Both the position numbers and the translations under genes were made by a program. DNA of 64,000 nucleotides from Raillietiella orientalis. Its lineage: Eukaryota. Below, one piece after another: positions 52,800 through 63,759 of the stretch (within the stretch, counting starts at the first letter, position 1; every line of letters starts with the position of its first letter). The notes beneath the pieces were generated by a model that did no database searches, was not told where the DNA came from, and saw nothing but the letters and a program-made list of their open reading frames with translations. The stretch lies in assembly GCA_036172245.1 (NCBI GenBank), contig JAYWIR010000019.1, positions 1,550,001-1,614,000 of the forward strand, in the 5' to 3' direction.

Positions 52800-53734
52800 C
52801 GAGGCGCGTCTCAAAAGTAAGGGCCGATCGGATAGAAAGGAAGAACAACATACAAAAGGAACAAAAGTGTCTTCCTGGTTCGAAACACGTGCATCCCCAT
52901 GCCATTCTTCCACGTAGTCGCCATTTTTTTTTTTTTTCCAAACACTTTCGACACCATGGCAGAAGCTTTTTGGAACTGTCCGCATGAAATTCCGCCGCCT
53001 GGGAGTTCAGTCGGTTCAGCAGCACCGCAGAGTTTTCCACTCCTCGCCTTCCCCCTCGAACCGTCGAGCCACCCCTTGAGGCGCAGGAAGACGTGGTGGT
53101 CACTGGGCAGCACTGCGGGGTGGGTGATGTTGAAAAGTTCGCGTTTGAATTTCCGAAGTGCCTGGAATGTGAGGACAGCAGTGTGTGGGGGACCGAAAGG
53201 GTGCGCTTTTGGTGGTCTTCGTGGAGCCTGGAGCAACCACCACTTCGCAAGTCCACAGTGGAACACTTTCAAAAGTGCGGCGTGCCATTCAGCAGGACCG
53301 ACGACGTGGGATGCTGAGATCAGGAATTGCTGTTCTCCTTCACGACAACCCACGCCCACACACGGCTGTCCAGACAATTCGGGAATTCGAACGCGAACTT
53401 TTCAACACCACCCACCCCGCAGTGCTGCCCAGTGACCACCACGTCTTCCTGCGCCTCAAGGGGTGGCTCGACGGTTCGAGGGGGAAGGCGAGGAGTGGAA
53501 AACTCTGCGGTGCTGCTGAACCGAACCGACTGAACTCCCAGGCGGCGGAATTTCATGCAGACGGTTCCAAAAAGCTTCTGCCACGGTGTCGAAAGGGGTT
53601 GGGGAAAGAATGGCGACTACGTGGAAGAATGGCATGGGGATGCACGTGTTTCGAACCAGGAAGACATTTTTGTTCCTCTTGCTCGTTGTTCTTCCTTTCT
53701 ATCCGATGCGCCGTTACTTTTGAGATGCTCCTCG
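52800..53734. mobile_element. Non-autonomous mariner-derived palindromic (fold-back) element, 935 bp, with TA target-site duplication
   Basis: Ends are TA|CGAGGCGCGTCTCAAAAGTAA ... TTACTTTTGAGATGCTCCTCG|TA. Inverted arms ~52800-53166 and ~53369-53734 surround a ~200-bp spacer. Transposase remnants on +: DRKGALLVVFVEPGATTTSQVH..TLSKVRRAIQ..RRGML..LLHDNPRPHTA..PSDHHVFLRLKGWL..LNSQAAEFHADG..NGDYVEE. Confidence 0.9.
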
Positions 53735-54299
53735 TATTTGTTCGCATATGAAGAATTCCAGTAATCTTCAGCAGCTTTCCAGATCTGCGTCTCGTTGAGC
53801 TTTCTCTAAACGTCCGTGGCGTCCCGTGAACTCGTCTTCGGGTGTTTTACTTGGTGGTGACTGTTTCAAAAAGGAGAAACCTCTTTTCCTTCGGTGGTTT
53901 CCTAATCCGGGAAGTGGGCGAGCTGGGCGCCAGCGCCAGCGTTGCGAAAGCGTGCGCGAGAAGTGTGATGTGTGCGGTTTGGGCTCGCAACAAATTGGCT
54001 TGCAGGCGGCAGCACGAAGGCAGAGAAAGCATTCAAATTTAGAAGAGTCGGGGAGGAAGCACCGAAGGACCGTCGCAAAATAAAATAAAAAAAAGCAAAG
54101 ATCACCCCACTAAAAGGCAAACTTATGAGATGATGGAAATTCTTCGAATGGATCTCAGAATCCACTCGAAGAATCGTCAAAGCGTTTTGGACGATTGTGG
54201 ATTTCGGCACTCCATTTCCACACGTGGATGCACTGAGCGGGCCGTGGCAAGGTTGGATAACTGACCTCACCTTTACGGAGAGCCTTCTTTCCACTCGCT

Positions 54300-55450
54300 G
54301 ATGGCGAAAGATCTTCAGACTTCCCTCCATAGTCAGAAAGCACGAAGACATCCGGTTCCACGCGCCCAATTCTTATAGACTGCCGAAGAGGGAAGCGCCA
54401 AATGTTACAGTTACCATTCGAAACGAACATGGCGGTGTACGAGCTCACTGCTGGGAGCAGGTGCCGCAGTCTGGTACCCGCCTCTTTTTTGCGTCGGGCT
54501 TTTCTCAGAGAGCAAACGAAAGCACTGGGAAACGGGTGTGGCACTGAAGCTGTGTGTGTGGACCGAAGGGGAGGTTGGGTGCATACATGCGCTGCTGTGC
54601 GACTCTGGAGTCCGTCCCGTATTCACGTACGATCTGGAGCACCCGCCCGGTTTCCCCTTCCTGTACACGCTACCGCTCTTTTCGGAATCGTTGCGGCCTG
54701 ACCACGCCCCACGATTCCGTCTTTTTGGAGGGACCGCATCGCCGGGTTGCAGTGACTGATGCGCTGCCATGTGCGTGCACGAATCGGATTCATGGACTGA
54801 ATGTCCATCAGTGTCGACATGGGACGACGTGCAATTCTTCCGCTGGTTCCAACGAGGGTTCGAAGGGCCGGCTTCCTCCAGAAGCTGTGGATTCCGTGAC
54901 GCCGTGCACGTGCGAAAGCGCGTTTCTCAAGCTGAAATGCCACCATTTGCGGTGCTTAAGGGAGAGGTTGCAACCTGCCCGCAAAGGTTGAACAGACCCC
55001 CCCCCCCCGCTCCCTATACACACACACCATCGTCCCCCTATCTTAACGTACGATGCCTCATCCCGAAACGGTGCACCCGTTACCGTTTCCAATAAACTTG
55101 ATGGAGAAACATCGGGAATGGAAGCAAACTAATGCTGAAATCCATCGAGACGATCAGAAGCACGCAGCACTATCGAAAGGGTTTCAGGAACTTTCGACGT
55201 GCCTCCCTCGTTCTTGACAGGCACGCAGATTCTTGGGTGGCGACACGAACGCACGGCTTGGCGGCTGCGGTCTCAGCGCGTGGTGTCCAGGAACTGTGCA
55301 AACTCTTAATCTTCGAGCGTTTCGCGGGAAACGAGCCGTCTTCCGAAGTTACCGTCTGTCCCAGTGCTCCTAGTCAGGAGTCCATGCCGTGATGCTGCGC
55401 AATAGGCCCAGTAGCTCCTTCATTCGCCTGCACCCAAGGGTCACGTCGCG
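54300..55450 (-). mobile_element. Decayed Penelope-like retroelement (RT end plus GIY-YIG endonuclease)
   Basis: PIAQHHGMDS*LGAL (cf. Q..G.AMGSPLG), RRKFLKPF..LIVSMDFSISLLPF (cf. FL..LN..I.FT.E...LPFL), and KSGSVYRKGKPGGCSRSYVNTGRTPESH (cf. KSGVVY.I.C..C...Y.G.TGR.L..R..EH). Confidence 0.5.
54610..54818 (-). repeat. Right arm of the 209-bp perfect inverted repeat (partner 52178-52386)
   Basis: Reverse-complement identity seen directly. The ORF track shows identical peptides from both arms. Confidence 0.95.
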
Positions 55451-56149
55451 TCCCCGGGGACGATCCGCAGCTCTGATGTCTTCTTGCTTTGACCGCCTAC
55501 CGAAGAAGATGGCAATCCGGATTTCCCTGTGAATCCCGTCCTCCGGAAGCGACTTTCAGAAGATGGAGCCGGCCTTCGAGACGGGAATGCTTCTTTCGAC
55601 CCGTGCAGGCGGTCGTGCAGCCACCCTCGTGGTGCTGCCGTCGGGGAGAAAATCCACGTCTCCTGAAAACCCCGGACAGATTCGTAAGGACTATATAAGC
55701 TGCTGGTGGTGGCGAGTAATACAGGCAGACGACCAAAGGGGCTCGCGGTCCTTTATTAATCAAAGATAAATCCAGGATTCTTTATTTTTTTAAAAAAAAA
55801 CAGAAACAAAAACAAAACAAAACGAACTCTATTGGCGCCATGAGATCACTGCATCTTAAAAATTTCTTGCGGATTACAAAGAGTTAGGAAGGCATGCTAT
55901 GGAAGGAGGAAGGAGGGAAAGGAGGGGGGAGGGGCAGGGAGATGCACGATGCAAGATTTCGTATTCACTCGAAGATGTATCGAGTGCGTGCTGAGGACGG
56001 GGAGGAAGGGTGGATGGTTAAAACAAGGAGGGGGGGGGGGGAAGACATGTTGGCCTTTCCATGGAGGGATAGATGAACTTGGTGAGATAGTGTTTCGATA
56101 ATACCTCGAGGGCATAGGGGCTGAGGAATTAGCCAGTGGCAGAATTTTT

Positions 56150-57150
56150 CCTAGTGGTGGTATAATGAATGGTGAGCGATTTGGGACGACGTTTGTCGCG
56201 AGGTGAAAGTTGGTGAAAGTGTCTGAGGGTCAAATGAGACAAAAATCTCCCATGCATATTTTGGCTCACTTGAGGATGGAATAGCGAGATAGGGGCGTCT
56301 GCTCCACTAGGAACGAACTCGGAAGATGCGACCTTTGTTTCGTAGGTGAACAAGAAAAAGCAAGGAGGCAGGAGATGCAGAGGAGTTCTTGTAAGAAGGA
56401 GGTGGCGAGGATGCACGAGCGGCTTCGTAAACTCGGAAAGGAAACCTCGAACTCAGTTTGAAATTCTTACACCATTGTGACCACCTCTCGCGATTCCGAG
56501 GCCACGCACACACAGTCGATCTCTTTTCCCCTTCTTCGGCAGCGTCTCGGATGCCTTCCACAGCCCGTCCATCCGGAGTGTCAGTCATCCAGATCACTCG
56601 GAGCTTCAGGGATTCCACCGATGTAACTGGGAAGAAGAATGTGATCCCTACAAGGATTACGGAGCCACCTTCGGCAGGCGGTTTCCGTAGGTCTTGCGGC
56701 TTGCAGCCGCTGGGAGTTGGCTTGTTCTGTTGGAAGTTGCCTATCAAATTGACAAAGTGTCATCGAATCAGGTCATCACTGTGGCATTTCTACTGAGACG
56801 CCTTACGTGAGCATTGCAAATAACGCCCACAAGCACTCCAGCTGGTGACCGGGGAGGCACCATCCTAATCCATAGAAGCGAAGGAAGCTTCGAGACCATC
56901 TACAAAATCTTCCTTTGACGCGCGCTTAATCGTCCTGTAGATCGGACCAAATCGGGAGATGTGACCACCTCAAACCCAGGTCATCTGTCATCCCGCTCGA
57001 ACGTGTAATCACGCTCCGAAAGTGTAGAAACCACCGAATGCAAATTTTCCAAATCGGATTTTGCAGGCAGCAGGAATTCTGAAACCACTGCCACGACCAC
57101 CGAGTCTCGGTGCGTTGATGCTTTCCTGCAGGCAAAGAGAGATTGAAGTC
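56150..57150 (-). mobile_element. Possible decayed DIRS-type (tyrosine recombinase) retrotransposon relic
   Basis: Ordered motifs: LGLRWSHLPIWSDLQDD*ARQ (RNase H end, cf. L.A.HIPG..N..AD.LSR), LRKPPAEGGSVILVG (cf. L.KI..E.A.VILVAP), RWSQWCK...LLFLVHLRNKG and APISLFH...LSHLTLRHF (cf. YR N-terminal W..WC..FL..L..G, SAIS..H..HPLV.RF). Confidence 0.4.
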
Positions 57151-59531
57151 GTGTCTCGATTAAAAAGGAAGGCCGAAAAAAAGAAAAGAAAAGAGGAGAA
57201 AAGAAAGAAAAAAAAAAAAAAAGCCTTGAACCTGAATCGTGGCTGCATTGCATTCCTGCCAAACAAAGAACATTGGAGACCCCCGAGAAATACCTCATTT
57301 GCAGGAACAGGTCAGAAATCGTGGGAACTTCGTTACAGGAGACTTTGGATCCTCCACGAACTCAGGTGCATCCCGTATCTTTGCTAGAGGAACGATCTGC
57401 AAAGATCTCCACACAGAACTACGGCGCCTGTAGAAGAGAACCCATCTTGATAACTTGCTTCAGTCTTTGGAAGATCAGAATTCAAGTGGATTCTTGACGC
57501 TGGAGCAAAACTTTAAGGGACACTGAACATAACCTTTACATTCGTTCACTTTTCTTCCTGACTAGATGTAGGATTGGAAAATGGCACTGGAAGATAACAT
57601 TAGTAGGATCGCAGCTGCAGTTGTCCTCAGAAACCTATTCTGGAGTCTGTCACGAGGTTTTTCGAAACTGGCATCTCCATACCATATTTCATTAATCGCA
57701 CGTGGCCTCGTGAGTAATGGTCCATTCCTTTGGCCCTATACTCACGAGTACTTCTAAGTGACCAGTTGCAAGTCATCTGTCGCAGTGCTTCCTCAGTCCG
57801 CGTATTTCGGGAATTTCAGATTCACAACTGTTTCCGGGAATCAAATCCACTCCCATACTGTTGTCACGTCGCCCGACTGCCATAATTGCAACTTTTATTG
57901 TAGGTCTTACGAAAGGAAAATCTTTCAGTCTGCAATGTGATCTTAGACAAAAGACCGGGAAACGATAAAACAGATGATTTGATTTCTGGATTCGTCTCCT
58001 ACAGACCACAGACCACTGACTGCGCCAATTGAAAAAGACACAGAGCGCATCATTGTGGCGTGGAGTTGGTCGAAATGGCTACTTTGTAAAATGTTCCTTC
58101 TAGTTAGATGCTCTTATCAGAATCCGGGCAGTTGAACATTAGAAAATCATGTAAAAAAAATTGCAAATGAAAATTTTCACAAATAATTCCACGTTTCACT
58201 TGTTCCCGACTTTCGACGCATGAATTAAAATCCTGTAATTTCAGGTATTGTCTAACGCTACTCAGTATTGCAAGTGCAAAGTGCAAACTGCAGTTTAAGG
58301 TTGACCTCCTGGCTTTTGGCCACAGAAACAACTTTATAAACTCAGTTCTAATAAGGGACTTAAACGATTCCTTACCAAAACTTGTTTCAATTTTATTATT
58401 GTTATTATTTCGATTTTCGAAACTCCATTAGAATTCAAATGACGTTCGTTCAGAGTTCAATCATGGTGCCAAGTTTTCAAGAGGGAAAAGATAGTTTGGC
58501 ATTTAAGCTTTTCACTGTTTTGCCATCCAAAGTTATGCCTGTCTCTTTCTCACAGGATAAAGGGAAATGATTAAATCCCGGGAATGGATTGATGCTTCGT
58601 TCTGAAACAACGAAGCTTCTCTGGTTTCCATGAATGTAGGAACTTTAATTTCTAGTTAAGCAAGTTGAGAGAAATGAATTAGCTGGTCTCTGAATTCTTT
58701 TTTGCAAGGTTTGTCGTCTCGAATGATAGGGAAGACGTTCTCCATTAAAAAAAAAAGAAAAGAATACCAATTTTATGGATTTATGAAGAATTCTCTGCAT
58801 TTTGATCAATCTGAGAACGAAACTCCAAAATTCTGAATTTCATCTCATGCTTACATCGTCACTATTGAATCAGCATCTTCAGATCGGACTTCATCCTCAT
58901 CTCCAAAGAGTCAAGTACTTTGTAAAAAAAAAAAAAAAAAATATGAGTACAGCAGAAAGATACGTTCCTGACCAGAGAAAATCTCGGTTTAAAAGCAGGT
59001 TTACTTGATTGCCACACATGGATGGCCCGAGTGTATCGGTTTTAACTGGAGTTGCCGAATGTGGAAAGAGCAAACCATGGACTATGGACATCATGCACTA
59101 TGGTTCATGAATGTTTTGAAAAGATATTCACGTGCTGAAAGTAACCTTAATAAAGCCAGTTGTGTATTCTTGTTTTCTCACCCCCACCCCCCATTTCATA
59201 TCGAGCACACGAAAGCATCTTGAGTAAATAAACAGTGTCCCATACTTTATGGTGTTCAAAGACTCACCACCCTGTGCAGGTGCTGCGGTCTGACTCATGG
59301 CGAGGCGCGGCCTCCTGCGGATTGCCTGCTCGACTTGGGCTGCCCACAGCTGTGCTGTCTTCTTCTTATTCCTGTTTTGGTAGGTTCATTTGAAAACTTA
59401 TGAATGCAGGAGGTTGCTCGGAGGCGGAAGGTGGTCACACAGAATTGGGACTGCTTATAGACTTATTGTGGGACGTATTTATGCCCTTCTTTAGTTAAAG
59501 TGCTTGTTAAACGTACATAGGGGGGAAACCT

Positions 59532-59566
<35 letters not shown>

Positions 59567-60013
59567 CTGTCTTTCCCTGTCGGCGGTGTTTTGTTGGAAA
59601 ATGCCAGAGTGGATGAATACCAGGGTTCGTTTCGGTTCTAACGAAGCACAAGAAAATTTATCTCTCCCAGAATTTTTTTTTTTTTTTTTTTGACCCATTG
59701 GCATTCACTTTTGATCCACTTTCAGAAAAGTTAGGATTCATTGCAGTACTTATGAAATACACAGGCCTGCAAAAGCTCATATCGAATGCTCCCTAAATAT
59801 TGTTTCGTTTCCATGTTGAACAGGTTAATCAATATTGACTCAAAATAATTTCAAAAGAAAATGTGCTGCACGATTACTTTAGGTAAGTTTTACCCGGTTG
59901 GTACGTTTATTCTGTATTTTTTCACTTAGCTGTGACAGTTTCTGAAGCTTGCAAGCGAAACTCACTGTGATTTTGGGATAACCGTAGTTAAGAAAAAAAA
60001 TTTGAAGATAACC

Positions 60014-61791
60014 ATGATTAACTCAATGATGTTTCCAGCATTTTTTTGTTTAATAACCTTCTTTTTATATAATTCTCTACATAAAGTTGAGGAAGGTCAT
60101 GTAGCAGTCTATTATAGAGTGAGCAATTTTCTGTATGTAATTTTAAACTTTGGCTTGAAAACTGCAACTTTTAATTAGTATTACCTGCACTATTTAATTT
60201 GAGATCCTATTTCGCTTTCATTATTCCACAAGCTAATCCATCCTCATTGTCAATAAGAGTCAATCGTTGGTTGCATAAGCATGATTGCAGAATACTTATA
60301 CCAAACTGTATAATTTTTATTGTATAGGGTGGTGCACTTTTGAAATATATAAGTCATCCTGGATTTCATATGATGATTCCTTTTATTACAACGATGAAAT
60401 CTGTGCAAACTACTCTCCAGACAGATGAGATAAAAAATGTCCCTTGTGGCACAAGTGGTGGTGTGATGATATACTTTGACAGAATTGAAGTTGTGAATTT
60501 GCTCCATGAAGATAGTGGTAACTGTACATTCCAATTATCCCCCTGTGTTAATGCCATTGTTTTTAGTTTATGATGTTGTAAAAAAATTCACAGCTGATTA
60601 TGATAAAACTCTAATCTTTAATAAGATTCATCATGAACTGAATCAGTTCTGCAGCTCTCACAATCTTCAAGAAGTAGGTACTCTTTAAGTTAACTACTCC
60701 TAATCATAAAAAGGTAGTTTGTATTTATAATAGTTCATAAATTTGTTGCTTGCTTCCAACATTATGTAGCATTTTATTTTATACTGAAAATACATTGCAA
60801 TTCACAGATTCCATGCCAAATTTAATCATGTGAAGTTAGAAATAATGCTATACGCTCTGCCCACAATATGGTAACAAAAGCCATAATTTGCTATGAAGTG
60901 TCACAAACAAGTGCGAGTAAAACTTTTTGAGTTACTGTAAATATGGTGGCTTTAAAGAACAATGTATTTTCACTATGTGACTAATTGAGCCAATGCACAC
61001 AGTTTACAAGATAATTTTCATGTCATATGATTATTCTATAGAGTCATATGTGAGAAATTATTCCTAAAAATTAATATGTGAGTAGGTATACATTGATTTG
61101 TTTGATCAAATTGATGAAAATTTGGAAACAGCATTACAGAAGGATTTAAATGAGCTTGCTCCAGGTCTTTACATTCAAGCAGTTCGAGTTACCAAACCTA
61201 AAATTCCAGAAGCTATTAGAAGGAATTATGAATTAATGTAATTGCTTTTTTATCTTGAAGAAGAAAGGATGAAAGATTTTTTGCTTTTAGGGAAGCTGAA
61301 AGAACAAAACTCCTCATTGCAGTGGAGACCCAAAAAGTTGTAGAAAAGGCAGCCGAGACTGAAAGGCTCAAAGCTATAATTGAAGCCGAAAAAGTTGCCC
61401 AGGTTGCAAAAATACATTATGGACAAAAAGTTATGGAGAAAGAATCACAGAAGAGGATATCTCAGATTGAAGGTTAGAGTTCAGTCCTTGTTGATTTCTT
61501 AAAAACAATTGATTGACAGATGAAATTTATTTGGCTCGTGAGAAACTTCGGGCAGATTCTGCATTTTACACCCTTAGCAAACAGGCAGAAGCGAATGAGC
61601 TGTTACTCACTCCAGAGTATTTGCAATTAAAGCAGATGGAAGCTATCACTCAAAACTCCAAAGTTTACTTTGGACCTAACATCCCACAAATGCTTGTGTC
61701 CCCACAGCAAGAATTCTGTGCCCATTCTACACAGCTGAAGCAGAGTTCCTCACACGATGATCCAAACCTGCCTTTGTCTAAATCCCAATAA
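60014..61791 (+). CDS. ERLIN: Erlin (SPFH/band-7 ER lipid-raft protein), 6 coding exons, 335 aa
   Basis: join(60014..60118,60328..60517,60567..60673,61086..61237,61291..61472,61520..61791), 1008 nt, phases consistent. An N-terminal hydrophobic anchor is followed by [89 protein letters not shown] and [16 protein letters not shown] probable 47-nt 5'UTR intron lies at 59883-59929. Confidence 0.95.
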
Positions 61792-61969
61792 ATTACAGTT
61801 TGGGGGATCAATGGTGCAGCAGTCAACTTGGATGATTGTGATATGTGTTTGTGTATGCAATTTGTTGGGTGCTCTTCATGGGGTGCTTGATGTCCAATGT
61901 GTTTGTCTTTCATAGAGAAGGAGCAGTAAAGATTTTCTTGCACAAATTGTATTTAAAAGGTAATATTCC

Positions 61970-62552
61970 ATGATGGCCAAGTCCAACCATTCATTCAGTC
62001 AAATTGAGGTGTGTATCATTATTTGTTTTTTTTTTGTTTTTCTGTTTTTGACGTGATTTTCCCTCCTCCCCTTCCCAGGATATAAAGATGTTCCTCTTGT
62101 CATTATTTGCACGGTAGGAATAACAGAATGCTTCCATGTTAACCTGCCCTAAAAGAGTACCAGGGTTATATTATATTGTCCTGGTGGATCGGGATGGAGT
62201 TCCCGTGCTTAAGATGAAAGATCCAGATCTTAACCTTCACATTCAGTCAGCGTTTTTTTCAACACTCGCCATGATTACAGATCAGTTAAATAAAATGGAA
62301 ATGGGCTGGCCTGCTTTTACTATTAGTCAATATCAGAAATTTCAGGTAAAGATACATTCAGAGGTAAAGTCAGATGCATACTTCTAGGTGGTACATTTCA
62401 CATCCTCTTTGAAATCCGATGCGGCCCTGTCGGTCATTTTGGTCGCACTGCATGACACCAACACTGGACAGTTGATTTCTTTGCAAAAGGAGTTTCATCC
62501 TATTTTGCAGTTATTAAAAGGAGTTGTAGAACCAGAACAAGGAAGCAAATAA
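61970..62552 (+). CDS. LAMTOR3: Ragulator complex subunit LAMTOR3 (MP1/MAPKSP1), 4 coding exons, 142 aa
   Basis: join(61970..62008,62079..62113,62156..62345,62388..62552), 429 nt. DIKMFL..RVPGLYYIVLVDRDGVPVLK...FFSTLAMITDQLNK...FQVVHF...NTGQLISLQKEFHPIL aligns with LAMTOR3 (DLKRFL..VEGLHAIVVSDRDGVPVIK..FLSTFALATDQGSK..YQVVQF..NTGLIVSLEKEL). Confidence 0.88.
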
Positions 62553-63729
62553 ATCAGAAAGCTGTTGAAATCAACCAGCATGCATGGAAAGAACTTTCGA
62601 AAAACACCATTCCAGTTTGCACAGATGAATCTGAGAATCCTAGTACCTGCTTTGAAACCTCATACAAGTAATTGGACGCCTACACGTGCTTGCTCGTGGT
62701 TCACAGATTTGCCTTTTTTTTTTTTGGAAAATACAGCATCCCCAACATGGCCATCACCCATTTTATCCTTGAGTGGGAACTATAATGAATGCTAGCAATC
62801 CCTAGGGAATAATCAGAAGCGCAGTCTTTCCTCGAGAAAGAATTCCCCTCGGTTTTGTTCGTGATGGTCAGTTTCCGGAGGATTCCAAACAATCGAATCG
62901 CACTGTCACGATTAGGTTTCTGCTTATTTCCAAAATTAGTAAATCTATGTAATTTGTAAACAAACAAACAAACACAGGATGAATGTTCTTCCTCTGTTAT
63001 CAGCCAATTCCAGCTTTGTTGATGATATCCCTCAGGTGATTCAAGGTTTTCCCCTCTTACTATACAATTCCACAAGTTCGTGCAGTCCAGTCTCTTAGAT
63101 CATTTTCTTTGCCATATTCTTAGCGAGTTGTGCTACCGGCGAGTGCGGTGGAGCTTCGTCCAGTTGAAGACTGGGCAAACATGATTTGAAAACATCTTCA
63201 AGTCTTAATTGTAAGCAGCTCCTCTGCCCCCCCCCCCCTCCCCGAACGTGAAATGAAATCGCCTTTGCCATTCAGTTAATATTGAGAGTCGGTGATTAAT
63301 GAGTTTTCGCGGTGCACTTATTACTACGTAACCGCCAAAGGCTGCATTATGAAGTTCTAATTGGGAGGGAGTTGAAAAAAACGGTATGGAAACCGTGACG
63401 GCTCATCTCGACTCATGACTCACGTCAACGTCAAAGGGAATACCTATTTCGTAAACATCTCCACAGTGAGCGCTTGTCCGTGAACGTTATCTTCCGTTAA
63501 TTTTCCTGTGACTTGCAGACTGTGCTGTATCCGTGAGAGAAGATCAGCTTTCTGGTGGTTTCCTGGTTGTGATGTTCCAAATGTTCATTCCCTGCGGTGG
63601 CATTCGGCGATTTCGAATGAGACCCCGGCAGGTGTTGAACCCCCCGTTCGGGATTCAGAAACTTTTCCGAGATCCCTGGGGAAACCTTGAGAAAACGCTG
63701 CTACAGCGCAGCTCTAGGGTTCGACCCTC

Positions 63730-63759
63730 CTGGGGTCAATCTGGGGTCAATCTGGGGTC
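63730..63759. repeat. Short tandem repeat (CTGGGGTCAAT) x ~2.7
   Basis: Seen directly. Confidence 0.85.

Noticed and set aside
54280..54320. CTGAAGA...GAAA hammerhead-like core on the minus strand after the Penelope relic
   Set aside because: Stem II does not close properly next to the core and I could not find stems I and III.
62701..63220. 124-aa minus-strand ORF next to LAMTOR3
   Set aside because: It has no recognisable homology or coherent exon chain.
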